DNA from: an uncultured euryarchaeote
GTDB lineage: Archaea > Thermoplasmatota > Poseidoniia > Poseidoniales > Poseidoniaceae
Direction: 5' to 3'
Length of the DNA: 64,000 nucleotides
NCBI GenBank assembly: GCA_937892945.1
Contig: CALBIL010000038.1
Location: 66,102-130,101 of the forward strand
Of this stretch, positions 44,339 through 53,423 are shown piece after piece (position 1 is the stretch's first letter; every line of letters starts with the position of its first letter). A model generated the notes under the pieces. The model was not told the origin of the DNA and did not search any database. It saw only the letters and a program-made list of their open reading frames with translations. Made by a program: the position numbers and the translations under genes.

Positions 44339-47300
44339 TCAACGTGCAGGAATCGCTTTGAGTGTTGAGATCTCTTGACCCATTCGTTCCAAAGCAAGTT
44401 GGGCTGCTTCTTGATGTTGCGGACCCATTTCCTCACGACCGTAACGTGCTTGCTCAAACATATTGTCAAGAGCAAGTAACGCTTCATCAGAAATCTGCGG
44501 CATTGCTTGACGAATTGCCATCTCGAATTCACGAACTGTTTCGAAATCACGACGCAAGAATCCGTGTTCTTGGAAAGCAGCACAGAGATTCTGATAACAC
44601 GTGAAGATTGCTTCACGGATTGAGTCGCCCGCAGCCAACAACTCAGCCGTATACGCAAATATCTCAGCAGCTTCTTCCATTAATTCTGAAGACTTACGGC
44701 GGCGGTAGAGGAGGGTACCTGCACCTGCCAGTCCGAAGATGAGAAGGGTGAGAATATACGCCCATGCAGGAATTTTCGTTGCTGCTTCCTGGTATTCATA
44801 TGAAGGGGCAAATGCATCACCGGACAGTAAAGCAAACTCAGATAATGTTTGTTCTGAGAGCCGAGGGTCGTTGATAAGAATCTCCATGTATAATTCGCCC
44901 CAAGCATCTGTGTCACCATATGGAGGGTCAGAATTGAAATCAAACTCTGCAACACCATCGGCATTCGTAAGTGGTTGCTGAACATCGCCAAGTTGAGTTC
45001 CATTCTCCGTGTAGAGATAAATGGCGACTGCAATTCCATCAACACCCTGTCGAGTATCTTGTGCCGTAATGAGAATACTTCCTCCAATGTCCTCTTGTTC
45101 ATCCTCGATGATACCATCCAGAGATACAACAATGTCTGCATTAATTTTGACAAAGATCAAGTGACTCACACTTGCCGAGTTGAGATAATGGATATCTTGA
45201 CGAGAAGTTTCCAGATGCAAGTATTGAGTTCCAGCACCAAGGAAGGCAGGTGCAGTCGTAGTTAGGGAGAAGTTTCCATTCGACCAATCAATAACGAGAT
45301 TTTCTAAGCAACGCGCCCCATCCTTCTGGGCCAAACATTGTGAACCATTACCAAGATACAGTGTGACATTGTCAAACACTTCACCAAGTCCTCCAATTTC
45401 AGAGACTGAACCGGTCAGTATGATCGGTGCAAAGGTTGAATCGGAACGAACCACAATGTTTGCAGAGGTTGCATCGATGGTGATTCTGGCATTTGCCCAC
45501 ACGGTCGCAGCACCAGTTGCTTGAGTCCCAAGATGGGCCTCAGTGCCTTCATAGAAGATTGTGAAGAGGTGGTCGCCACGAGCTAAATCGGAAGTTGCAG
45601 GTACGAGTATTGACCAACTACCATCGGAACCTGTAACGAGGGTTGCAATCTCAACGTCATCTAAGCGAAGACTGAGATCCATCCCACTCAAGCCGTCGTT
45701 ATTGACAGAATCAATGTCAAACAAACGACCTGACAGAGCCCAGAAATTACCGCGAGTTACATCTTTACCCTCATCGAAGATGAAAGTAACATCTGAGCGA
45801 TGGGCCAAGAAGAAGGAAGTATTGCCTGTGTCTGAACGATAGTAGCCTTGTGCATCCACATTTGCAAACAAGAGGTGGTCGCCAAATCCAAAGGTATCTG
45901 GAACGGTCCAAGTGAAAGTAAACATCCCTTCTGCATCTGTAACAACGGTCGCAATGATGAGGCCTTCGACTTCAAGAAGCACCGTATGGCCGGAGATTCC
46001 AGAGAGTTGATTATCGACGACAGTACCGGTGATGGTTGTATTCTGACCGACTGCGACTGGGCTTTCCATCGAAACTGTGACCAATATTGGACTGTATACA
46101 GTCCATGTCCCAATTGCATTACTTGGCAGATAGAAGGTTGTGCCTGTGAAACGAATCTCCAGCGAAATTGGACCGAGTTGGGCATCAGCAGGTACTGGGT
46201 AAACTGCGGTAAAGAGACCTGTTTCATCAGTCGTCACATTCGTCATCCATTGACCGTCAAGCCAAACTTCAACTGTGAGGTTGTCCAAAGGTACGTCAAC
46301 CAAATCCAGCAAACGCCCTTCAAGAGTCATTGTTGCTTCGCGGTCAACTGTCCCGGTAGGCGTCAAAAGAATAATTTTAGTAGGTACACTGACATTGAAG
46401 TTGACTTGTGCACTGCTAGGGAGGTAGAAATCAGGGTTTGCAGGGTCACCGACGCCAACGGGGTCGACCCAATCGCGTCCACCAAGGAAACGTACTTCAA
46501 TCAAATGTGCTCCAGCAGAGGTGTCCTCTGGCAATGTCCAACCGATTGAAAAGTTCCCACTCAATGCATTCGTTTCAATACTCGAAACTGGGATTCCATC
46601 GACAAGAAGATGAACAATTGCAAGTGATGAGATCCCGTTGATTGTGAGTGTTTGATTTAGGCTATCGAACAATGTCCCTTCGACTGTGAACGAGTCTCCT
46701 GCTACAAGTGTTGAAGGGGATGAGGAAATCATAAGATTCGTCTGAGCAAGAACAACGAATTGTGTTGAGGTATTTGAGCCGATCAAACCAGTTGTCCCCG
46801 GAGTCCCAGCAAAAGTCACGTGCAGGTCATTGAAACCAATGGATTGGTTATTTGGAACGGTAAGTACACCTACGCCTGTCCCATTTTCAAAGGTCGTGAG
46901 GATGATGCTTACATCTGTACCAATAAGCGTAACAACGACCTGTTGTGCTGCAACTGCAGACTGAGTATTGTCACGTAAGAGCACCTGAATTTGTACATCA
47001 TCACCACGTTCAGTACGGTCATTCAAAGATGGTAAACCAATACCATCAAGTGAAGGTTGAACGAAGATAAGGGAGGTAAACCCTCGACTATCGAAAGAGG
47101 TGTTCATCGTCGAACCAATGTAGTAATTGACGTTTGGAATAAATGAGGCATCGAGAGAATTGTTTCCTGCTTCGAAGCCTTCACCAAGAAGGATGGTCGC
47201 GGACCATATTCCACCTGTGGTGACTGAACCACCCGTCACCGAAAAGCCAGTGGTTTGGCCGTTGAGACTGAACAAAATATTCGAAGGCAAGACACTGCCA

Positions 47301-50300
47301 TCGCGTTGTTCAAGCCCACTTCCATTGTCACTGGTTACCGTACCGGTGACATTGAATGAAGTACCAGCAACAGGGTTCGCTGCAATTGGATCAACCACCA
47401 TAATGGTCGTCGAGCGAATGGTAATGGTTGAAAGGTTCACTTGTGTATTCAATAAGTCTGAAGAACCGTTGAACACCAATGAGACAATAATTAATCCAAG
47501 TGGATGTGACATTGGTATTTGGTGACTGAAGTTCGCATAGCCTTCACCATCTGTTTGAGTACCTACTAACCATGTTTCATGAAATTGAATATCGACATCG
47601 AATCCGGATAATGGTGCAAAGAGATTCGATGATTCCATTAAACGTCCAGTGATGTTAATTGAATCTCCACGATTTACGGTGACTGGAATTAACGGTTGGA
47701 GATTATTAAATTGACTTACACCCATCACTAACATTCCATTTTGTGAAGTGGAAGTGAGGTAGAAAGGTGAAGAGTCTTCATTCACACTCAAAACGAGAAT
47801 CTTGTTACCACGTTCAGTACCATTGCCGGAAGTATCGGTTGGAATACTCATATTGAAAGTTCCATTTGAAGTTGTCAGATAGGTACCTACCAACAGTTCA
47901 TCAGGATTATTCAACCAGAATGCAGACATTTCAACTGGAGTTGTAAGAGGACGTGCAGTATTATCTCCGTCGAGAACTTGACCGATGACATTGAAATTTA
48001 ATCCAGCTGTTGTCACAGTAGGAATCGAATCGATTCGGATTTCACTCGGAACTTGAACGGTGAGGTTGATGATGGAGGAGTTGCCCGTGCGACGTGAATT
48101 ACCTTGCCCAAGAGCGTCGGTTAAATCATCATAAACAATCACCAACACATCATAATAGCCAGGTGAAACGCCTGTTGCCGTCCATTGGAGAGTCGAATTA
48201 CCTTCAGCATCTGAAGTATCAAGACCCAATGAAACATTGGTGTTCCCCCAATCAAAGATGTATTCGACTGAAGCACCAGATATGTTTGATTTGTCGGCGA
48301 CATCACGAATTGTCGTATTGAAATCAATTGCTTGGTTGACTTCAACGATTAAGGAACTGCGTTCAGGTTCAACTACAAACTCTGACTCAATGCCAACAAG
48401 TGTTGATGGGAAAGTAGGCGCAGCAGGTGGAACAGAAGTATCGACAAGTCGGAAATATGCGCCACCGGCCGGAGCCATCGAGTCAAAGTCCATATTCAGA
48501 AGGAATTCATATGAATCTGAAGGATTTGTCGTTGGAACCGTGAAGTTGAGAAGGAAACTTCCTGTCGTATTGTTTAACAATCCTTGTGAAAGGTCGATCG
48601 GCATACCATCCGGTGTCATCATGATCACAGAAAGCATGGTAATATTGTCGCCAAGTACACTCAGGTTTGTGTATTGAGCGTCAAAGATATCTCCAATCAA
48701 ATAACTCGAATTACCCAAGTGGGTCCAATCTTGCCCGAGGGTCAAATTCCATCCGACTTCAGCAGCAACGCGCACCATGCCCATGCCGCTCGAGGGTTGA
48801 TACAAATCTGAACCGTTGAATACGATGTCAAACGAGTAATCACCAGCAAACAAAGTCGAATCAATTAACCAATTAATGGTCAATGTTTCAGATTGTGGGT
48901 CGACGGTGGTATTAATCCAGTTTCCGTTAAAAGAGAAATCAAAATTTCCAGAGAGAAGGAGGTCTGAATTAACACCACGATGGTCGACTGCGGTGACTAA
49001 GACTGTTGCTTCAGACCCTCTTAACTGGGCGGAGGCTTGAACTTCGAAATCAAGTGTCCCTCGCAGGAGATAAGGGCCACCTGCAGTGATGTTTGCATCA
49101 TCTGTTGCTTCAATTGCATCCGGGAAGAAACGGAGTTGAATTTCGAGTACTCCTGCCATGACTTGGGTATCTGCTGCCAAGAGTAAATGTTGGATACTAA
49201 ATGACCCATTGACACTTTGGTTAAACACTTGAACCCAGTCTTGTGAAGATCCGTTTTCTCGAATTGAGAATGAAAGATTACCTGGCATTGCGACAGGAGA
49301 TGCTCCAGTCGTCAGGGTAGAACCGTTCACCCAGAGATCATCTCCGATAAGGATGACACTCTTATTAGCAAGAGGTCCTTCAAGAGTGGCAGTTAAATTC
49401 GGTGCATCGCGCACATCAATTACAATCGAAGCGGTCGAAGGACGTAAATGGAATTGAGTCGGAGTTATGCCGGTAGCTTGCGTATCTTGCCATCCAGAGA
49501 AGCCAAGAGTTGCAGAAAGATTCGTTTTCGTCTCGAGTGGGTCGAGGTCTAAATCAAAACTCCAAGTACCATCGATATTCATAAAACTGCTCAAATTTGT
49601 GAAACCTGTCACCGATGAAGTGTACGTTAACCAAACCGATGGTGGTGTCAAATCATTGACGCCAAGATTTGCAATATTGTTTTGTGGAGCATTCTCCAAA
49701 GAGAGTCGCCCTTCAATTACTGTCATGGCACCAGCACCAGCAATTGGAGCATTGATTGCATTGGGAGCAGTGTGATTAAGAATTGAATCATCGGTGACGT
49801 TGATGTATCCATCAAAAATCACGCCTGCTTCGGCTACATACCCGGATTGAACGAGTTTGACAACGACGCGATACATTCCTGGGCCGTCTAATTCAGGAGG
49901 AATTCCAATGAAACTAAAGGTTCCATTCGAAAGCGTAGTGGTTGAACCAATCTCGAAGTTTGGAATAGCAGCTTGTCCGGGGACATCATTTTGCAATCCC
50001 ATTGGAACAAGGTAGCCTAAAAGTATGTGATCCGCAATAGAAGATGTGTTTTCAGTGAAGCGGAGTTGTCCAGTGACATTGAGCAAGGTCGTCCCATCAC
50101 GGTCGAGGGTTAAGGAAGAAAGAGTTTGATTCACAATTTCAACTTCTTCAGCCGCAGGACAGGCGTCGAATGCAATCCATCCAAGTTCAGTATCTCCATT
50201 CGCTGAATTTTGTTGCAATCGGACTTCACCCCAAGTGGACAAATGGGTTGGGTACAGTGAATAGCCATCACCGTTCCAAATACCGCCAGAGAAACCGGTC

Positions 50301-53269
50301 ACCATACGAGCAGGTAATCCAGCAAGGCGAGCCATCGTAACGAATGCTGTATTAAATTCTGAACAAGTTCCTTCAAATGCAGCTTGGACTAAAGTTACGC
50401 TCAAATCTTCGGAAGAAGGGATTCCAGAGCCGTTGTAATTACGCTTGAAATCAGTGGTTGCATTTCCTTCAGTCAGGAAAGTCTGCAAGGCTGTTGCACT
50501 GTCATAAGCATTGGTTGCACCTGCCTCAGTAATGACTGCAGTTGTAACATTGAGGAGGTACGAATTCGGGTGCGAGGGGTCGTTAAAGGTAGGCGGTAAA
50601 ATCAATTCATAACTTGAGTTCGTGCCCGGTACTGTCGTTGATGCAAGTGTTGCCCAATCGAAGTAATACTCTGGTTGTTGGACATAAATTTCTTGAATTG
50701 GCCCATTAAGAACTCGGATGTTATGAGTATCATTCGATCGTAGTAACTCTCCAGCAATGTCCACGTAAAACGATACATTAGAGAGTGAATAGGGGACGGG
50801 GAGATTACCCGATATTGATGGATTTTGATAAGTAATCATCCAATCAAGAGTTTCGTTCGAAAAGGTAAGGTCACCAAGATGAGTTAGATTCGAGTAAGGG
50901 AGAATCATGGGTTCAAATGGATGAATCGCTTCAAGATGCGCATAGGTTGTACCTGTGTAGAAATCATTGGTCGTTTGGCGCCATCGATGAATTGAATCGA
51001 TATCGACGACACCTGAGGTATTGTTTGCCCAAAAGACAACTTCTGAAGAAATCAAATCGTCGGTTGGGTCAAAAGGATCGAAAGGTGAACCTTGACATCC
51101 GACAATCCAAAACTCTTGAGGGCATTCGAGGCCATCAATCATCCCACCGCCGTCGGTATCCGGGTTGGTCCAATCAGTTCCTGTTTGATTCTCAACAGCA
51201 TCAGGAATACCGTCACCATCAAAATCAGCAGGCAATAAGTCATCAGTCGGATCGTTTTCAGGGTTCGTACCATCAAAATATTCATCGCGATCCCCAACAC
51301 CACCAGCATCTGTATCGCTCGTCACATCGCTTGTAACCCATACATCTGTCGAACCGTTGAGGATTCCAATCCACGAAAGATCGCAGCCTGTTGTCGCTTC
51401 AAAATAATTGTTCAATCCATCAAGATCATCATCGAGTAAATTCGTGCAGGGTTGGTTGGGGTCCGTGTTGTCAAAGACTTCATCAAAATCATTCACACCA
51501 TCTGCGTCAGTATCCGCGAGCGTAGGATTCGAAAACCAACCAAACGTTCCGAGTAATTCTTGCCAATCTGCAAGGCCATCTCCATCTGAATCTGAATAAT
51601 CATCATCACAATATTGCTGAGTTGTGCCAATTGTCCCACTGGCTGTTGCCGATGTGTGGCAGAAAGACCCGTTGCGATTTGAGACTTGCGTGACACCTGA
51701 ATTTGGAGCGGTTGATACGCCTTGTATGGCATTATTCACCGTACCTGCATAAGCAAAAGCAATCCAGGTGCCAGAAGTGTTGTACCACCCCACACCACCG
51801 CTTGGATTGAATCCTGTCCCATCGAGAACTTGGAGTTGGCTGGTACCTGCAGCCCAAGATACAATGGTCGTTTCAAAGTTGATTATCGAGTCGCAAGGGT
51901 CCGTTCCATGCGAAACATTGCGTTCATCACCATCATTGATTCCACCGAAATCGGTATCGGCAATATCCCAAGTGGTGCATGAAAGGTTTTCTTCCCAATT
52001 CTGAATCCCATCATTGTCTTCATCACCGGAATCTTCCATTCTCGTAGGGTCGGTTTCACCTGCATCCAAAACACCATTAAAATTGGTATCTTCTTCACCA
52101 TCGTCAAAGGCGTCCCCGTCGGTGTTATTGTTACGCGGATCGCTTGGTTGAGGAGGTATTCCATAAGCACCGTTAACTTCAACGCCGTCATCAATACCAT
52201 CGCGGTCGGTATCTGCAGAAGTTGGGTCTGTCAAGAGCGTCAATGCTTCATAGGAATCGTTTAATCCGTCACCATCAGTATCTGCGCGCTGTGGATTTGT
52301 ACTCGTAATGCCATCGACTTCGGCAGTCAAAGCAGCACAACCACCTGGCCCAATTCCGGACACAGGGTCACAAGGCGAAGTGGTTTCTGTAACAACTCCA
52401 TCAGGACCGTTCCGGAAACAAGGTGAAGTACCACACATTGTGGTCCATGATGGATTGACATATTCCATGAGATTGGTGAGCCCGTCTCCATCTGGGTCGC
52501 CATTTGGCCCATCAGCATTGGAAGCGGAAGTTGCATTGAGGCCATTCGCGGCCTCCCAACCGTCATTCATTCCATCGCCGTCGGTATCCCAACCGGCCAC
52601 GTCTTCATCAGCAATGCCATCACCGTCATCATCGTTGGATGAGCAATCTGCATCCCCGTCATTATCGGGATCGGCAGAATCAACCAAGCCGTCTTTATCG
52701 TCATCGAAACCATTCGTACAAATATTGCCTACTGGGTCTTCGTCGCAAAGAATCACACTGCCGGTGCCGTCTGAGCCACTATCACCGCAACCAGGTCTGT
52801 TGTACTGCAGGGCTCCTTCTTCATTCCAATCATTGACTGGAACTGTACCGTTCCACCAAACACCCTGATCAAGAACACCTGGTGTTGAAGAGCTGTCCCA
52901 ATTTTGAGGTTGCAAGTAAGAATATTCTTGTAAATTTGACATCCCATCGCCATCAGGGTCGCCAACTGCTCCATCTCCGCCGTTACTCGAAAGAGGGTCA
53001 AGGCCATATTGCCACTCCCATCCATCGGGCAAACCATCGTTATCAGAATCGGGGTCATTTGGAGCTGTATTCATGAGGTATTCCAAACCATACGTCAAAC
53101 CATCTCCATCTTGGTCAGAAGCGGCCAGAACATCCATCGAAATATACGGAATTGCAGCAAAAGTTGAGAGCACCATCAAGGCCGCTAGGGAGAACGATTT
53201 GAAGGCGTTACGATGCTGAAGAATCTGCCATTGGAAGCGCGGCTCGGAGGGAGAAACAGTCGTGCGCAT
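44339..53269 (-). CDS. Giant (~3000 aa) surface protein: DxDxDG repeats, transglutaminase-like domain, Ig-like repeats, TM anchor, DUF4129-like tail
   Basis: DPDSDNDGLPDGWE-type repeats; GTCSEFNTAFVTMARLAGLPARMVTGF; many GxLxD...T..GxF beta-sandwich units; TM then ETVREF...LDNMFEQARYG. Start uncertain (53269 chosen). Confidence 0.9.
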   Translation of the reverse strand: MRTTVSPSEPRFQWQILQHRNAFKSFSLAALMVLSTFAAIPYISMDVLAASDQDGDGLTYGLEYLMNTAPNDPDSDNDGLPDGWEWQYGLDPLSSNGGDGAVGDPDGDGMSNLQEYSYLQPQNWDSSSTPGVLDQGVWWNGTVPVNDWNEEGALQYNRPGCGDSGSDGTGSVILCDEDPVGNICTNGFDDDKDGLVDSADPDNDGDADCSSNDDDGDGIADEDVAGWDTDGDGMNDGWEAANGLNATSASNADGPNGDPDGDGLTNLMEYVNPSWTTMCGTSPCFRNGPDGVVTETTSPCDPVSGIGPGGCAALTAEVDGITSTNPQRADTDGDGLNDSYEALTLLTDPTSADTDRDGIDDGVEVNGAYGIPPQPSDPRNNNTDGDAFDDGEEDTNFNGVLDAGETDPTRMEDSGDEDNDGIQNWEENLSCTTWDIADTDFGGINDGDERNVSHGTDPCDSIINFETTIVSWAAGTSQLQVLDGTGFNPSGGVGWYNTSGTWIAFAYAGTVNNAIQGVSTAPNSGVTQVSNRNGSFCHTSATASGTIGTTQQYCDDDYSDSDGDGLADWQELLGTFGWFSNPTLADTDADGVNDFDEVFDNTDPNQPCTNLLDDDLDGLNNYFEATTGCDLSWIGILNGSTDVWVTSDVTSDTDAGGVGDRDEYFDGTNPENDPTDDLLPADFDGDGIPDAVENQTGTDWTNPDTDGGGMIDGLECPQEFWIVGCQGSPFDPFDPTDDLISSEVVFWANNTSGVVDIDSIHRWRQTTNDFYTGTTYAHLEAIHPFEPMILPYSNLTHLGDLTFSNETLDWMITYQNPSISGNLPVPYSLSNVSFYVDIAGELLRSNDTHNIRVLNGPIQEIYVQQPEYYFDWATLASTTVPGTNSSYELILPPTFNDPSHPNSYLLNVTTAVITEAGATNAYDSATALQTFLTEGNATTDFKRNYNGSGIPSSEDLSVTLVQAAFEGTCSEFNTAFVTMARLAGLPARMVTGFSGGIWNGDGYSLYPTHLSTWGEVRLQQNSANGDTELGWIAFDACPAAEEVEIVNQTLSSLTLDRDGTTLLNVTGQLRFTENTSSIADHILLGYLVPMGLQNDVPGQAAIPNFEIGSTTTLSNGTFSFIGIPPELDGPGMYRVVVKLVQSGYVAEAGVIFDGYINVTDDSILNHTAPNAINAPIAGAGAMTVIEGRLSLENAPQNNIANLGVNDLTPPSVWLTYTSSVTGFTNLSSFMNIDGTWSFDLDLDPLETKTNLSATLGFSGWQDTQATGITPTQFHLRPSTASIVIDVRDAPNLTATLEGPLANKSVILIGDDLWVNGSTLTTGASPVAMPGNLSFSIRENGSSQDWVQVFNQSVNGSFSIQHLLLAADTQVMAGVLEIQLRFFPDAIEATDDANITAGGPYLLRGTLDFEVQASAQLRGSEATVLVTAVDHRGVNSDLLLSGNFDFSFNGNWINTTVDPQSETLTINWLIDSTLFAGDYSFDIVFNGSDLYQPSSGMGMVRVAAEVGWNLTLGQDWTHLGNSSYLIGDIFDAQYTNLSVLGDNITMLSVIMMTPDGMPIDLSQGLLNNTTGSFLLNFTVPTTNPSDSYEFLLNMDFDSMAPAGGAYFRLVDTSVPPAAPTFPSTLVGIESEFVVEPERSSLIVEVNQAIDFNTTIRDVADKSNISGASVEYIFDWGNTNVSLGLDTSDAEGNSTLQWTATGVSPGYYDVLVIVYDDLTDALGQGNSRRTGNSSIINLTVQVPSEIRIDSIPTVTTAGLNFNVIGQVLDGDNTARPLTTPVEMSAFWLNNPDELLVGTYLTTSNGTFNMSIPTDTSGNGTERGNKILVLSVNEDSSPFYLTSTSQNGMLVMGVSQFNNLQPLIPVTVNRGDSINITGRLMESSNLFAPLSGFDVDIQFHETWLVGTQTDGEGYANFSHQIPMSHPLGLIIVSLVFNGSSDLLNTQVNLSTITIRSTTIMVVDPIAANPVAGTSFNVTGTVTSDNGSGLEQRDGSVLPSNILFSLNGQTTGFSVTGGSVTTGGIWSATILLGEGFEAGNNSLDASFIPNVNYYIGSTMNTSFDSRGFTSLIFVQPSLDGIGLPSLNDRTERGDDVQIQVLLRDNTQSAVAAQQVVVTLIGTDVSIILTTFENGTGVGVLTVPNNQSIGFNDLHVTFAGTPGTTGLIGSNTSTQFVVLAQTNLMISSSPSTLVAGDSFTVEGTLFDSLNQTLTINGISSLAIVHLLVDGIPVSSIETNALSGNFSIGWTLPEDTSAGAHLIEVRFLGGRDWVDPVGVGDPANPDFYLPSSAQVNFNVSVPTKIILLTPTGTVDREATMTLEGRLLDLVDVPLDNLTVEVWLDGQWMTNVTTDETGLFTAVYPVPADAQLGPISLEIRFTGTTFYLPSNAIGTWTVYSPILVTVSMESPVAVGQNTTITGTVVDNQLSGISGHTVLLEVEGLIIATVVTDAEGMFTFTWTVPDTFGFGDHLLFANVDAQGYYRSDTGNTSFFLAHRSDVTFIFDEGKDVTRGNFWALSGRLFDIDSVNNDGLSGMDLSLRLDDVEIATLVTGSDGSWSILVPATSDLARGDHLFTIFYEGTEAHLGTQATGAATVWANARITIDATSANIVVRSDSTFAPIILTGSVSEIGGLGEVFDNVTLYLGNGSQCLAQKDGARCLENLVIDWSNGNFSLTTTAPAFLGAGTQYLHLETSRQDIHYLNSASVSHLIFVKINADIVVSLDGIIEDEQEDIGGSILITAQDTRQGVDGIAVAIYLYTENGTQLGDVQQPLTNADGVAEFDFNSDPPYGDTDAWGELYMEILINDPRLSEQTLSEFALLSGDAFAPSYEYQEAATKIPAWAYILTLLIFGLAGAGTLLYRRRKSSELMEEAAEIFAYTAELLAAGDSIREAIFTCYQNLCAAFQEHGFLRRDFETVREFEMAIRQAMPQISDEALLALDNMFEQARYGREEMGPQHQEAAQLALERMGQEISTLKAIPAR

Positions 53270-53423
53270 TGGATTCACTGTTGACGGGCTGGTTTGATGC
53301 CTCATAAGGGAAATGGTACGATGTTCATACAATGCTTCACTTTGAGGGGTGGTCGTGAAGAGTAAATACGAAACAAACAGCCACGCAGTAAAGCGTATAC
53401 ACTTCAAAGAAACAGGAAATTAC

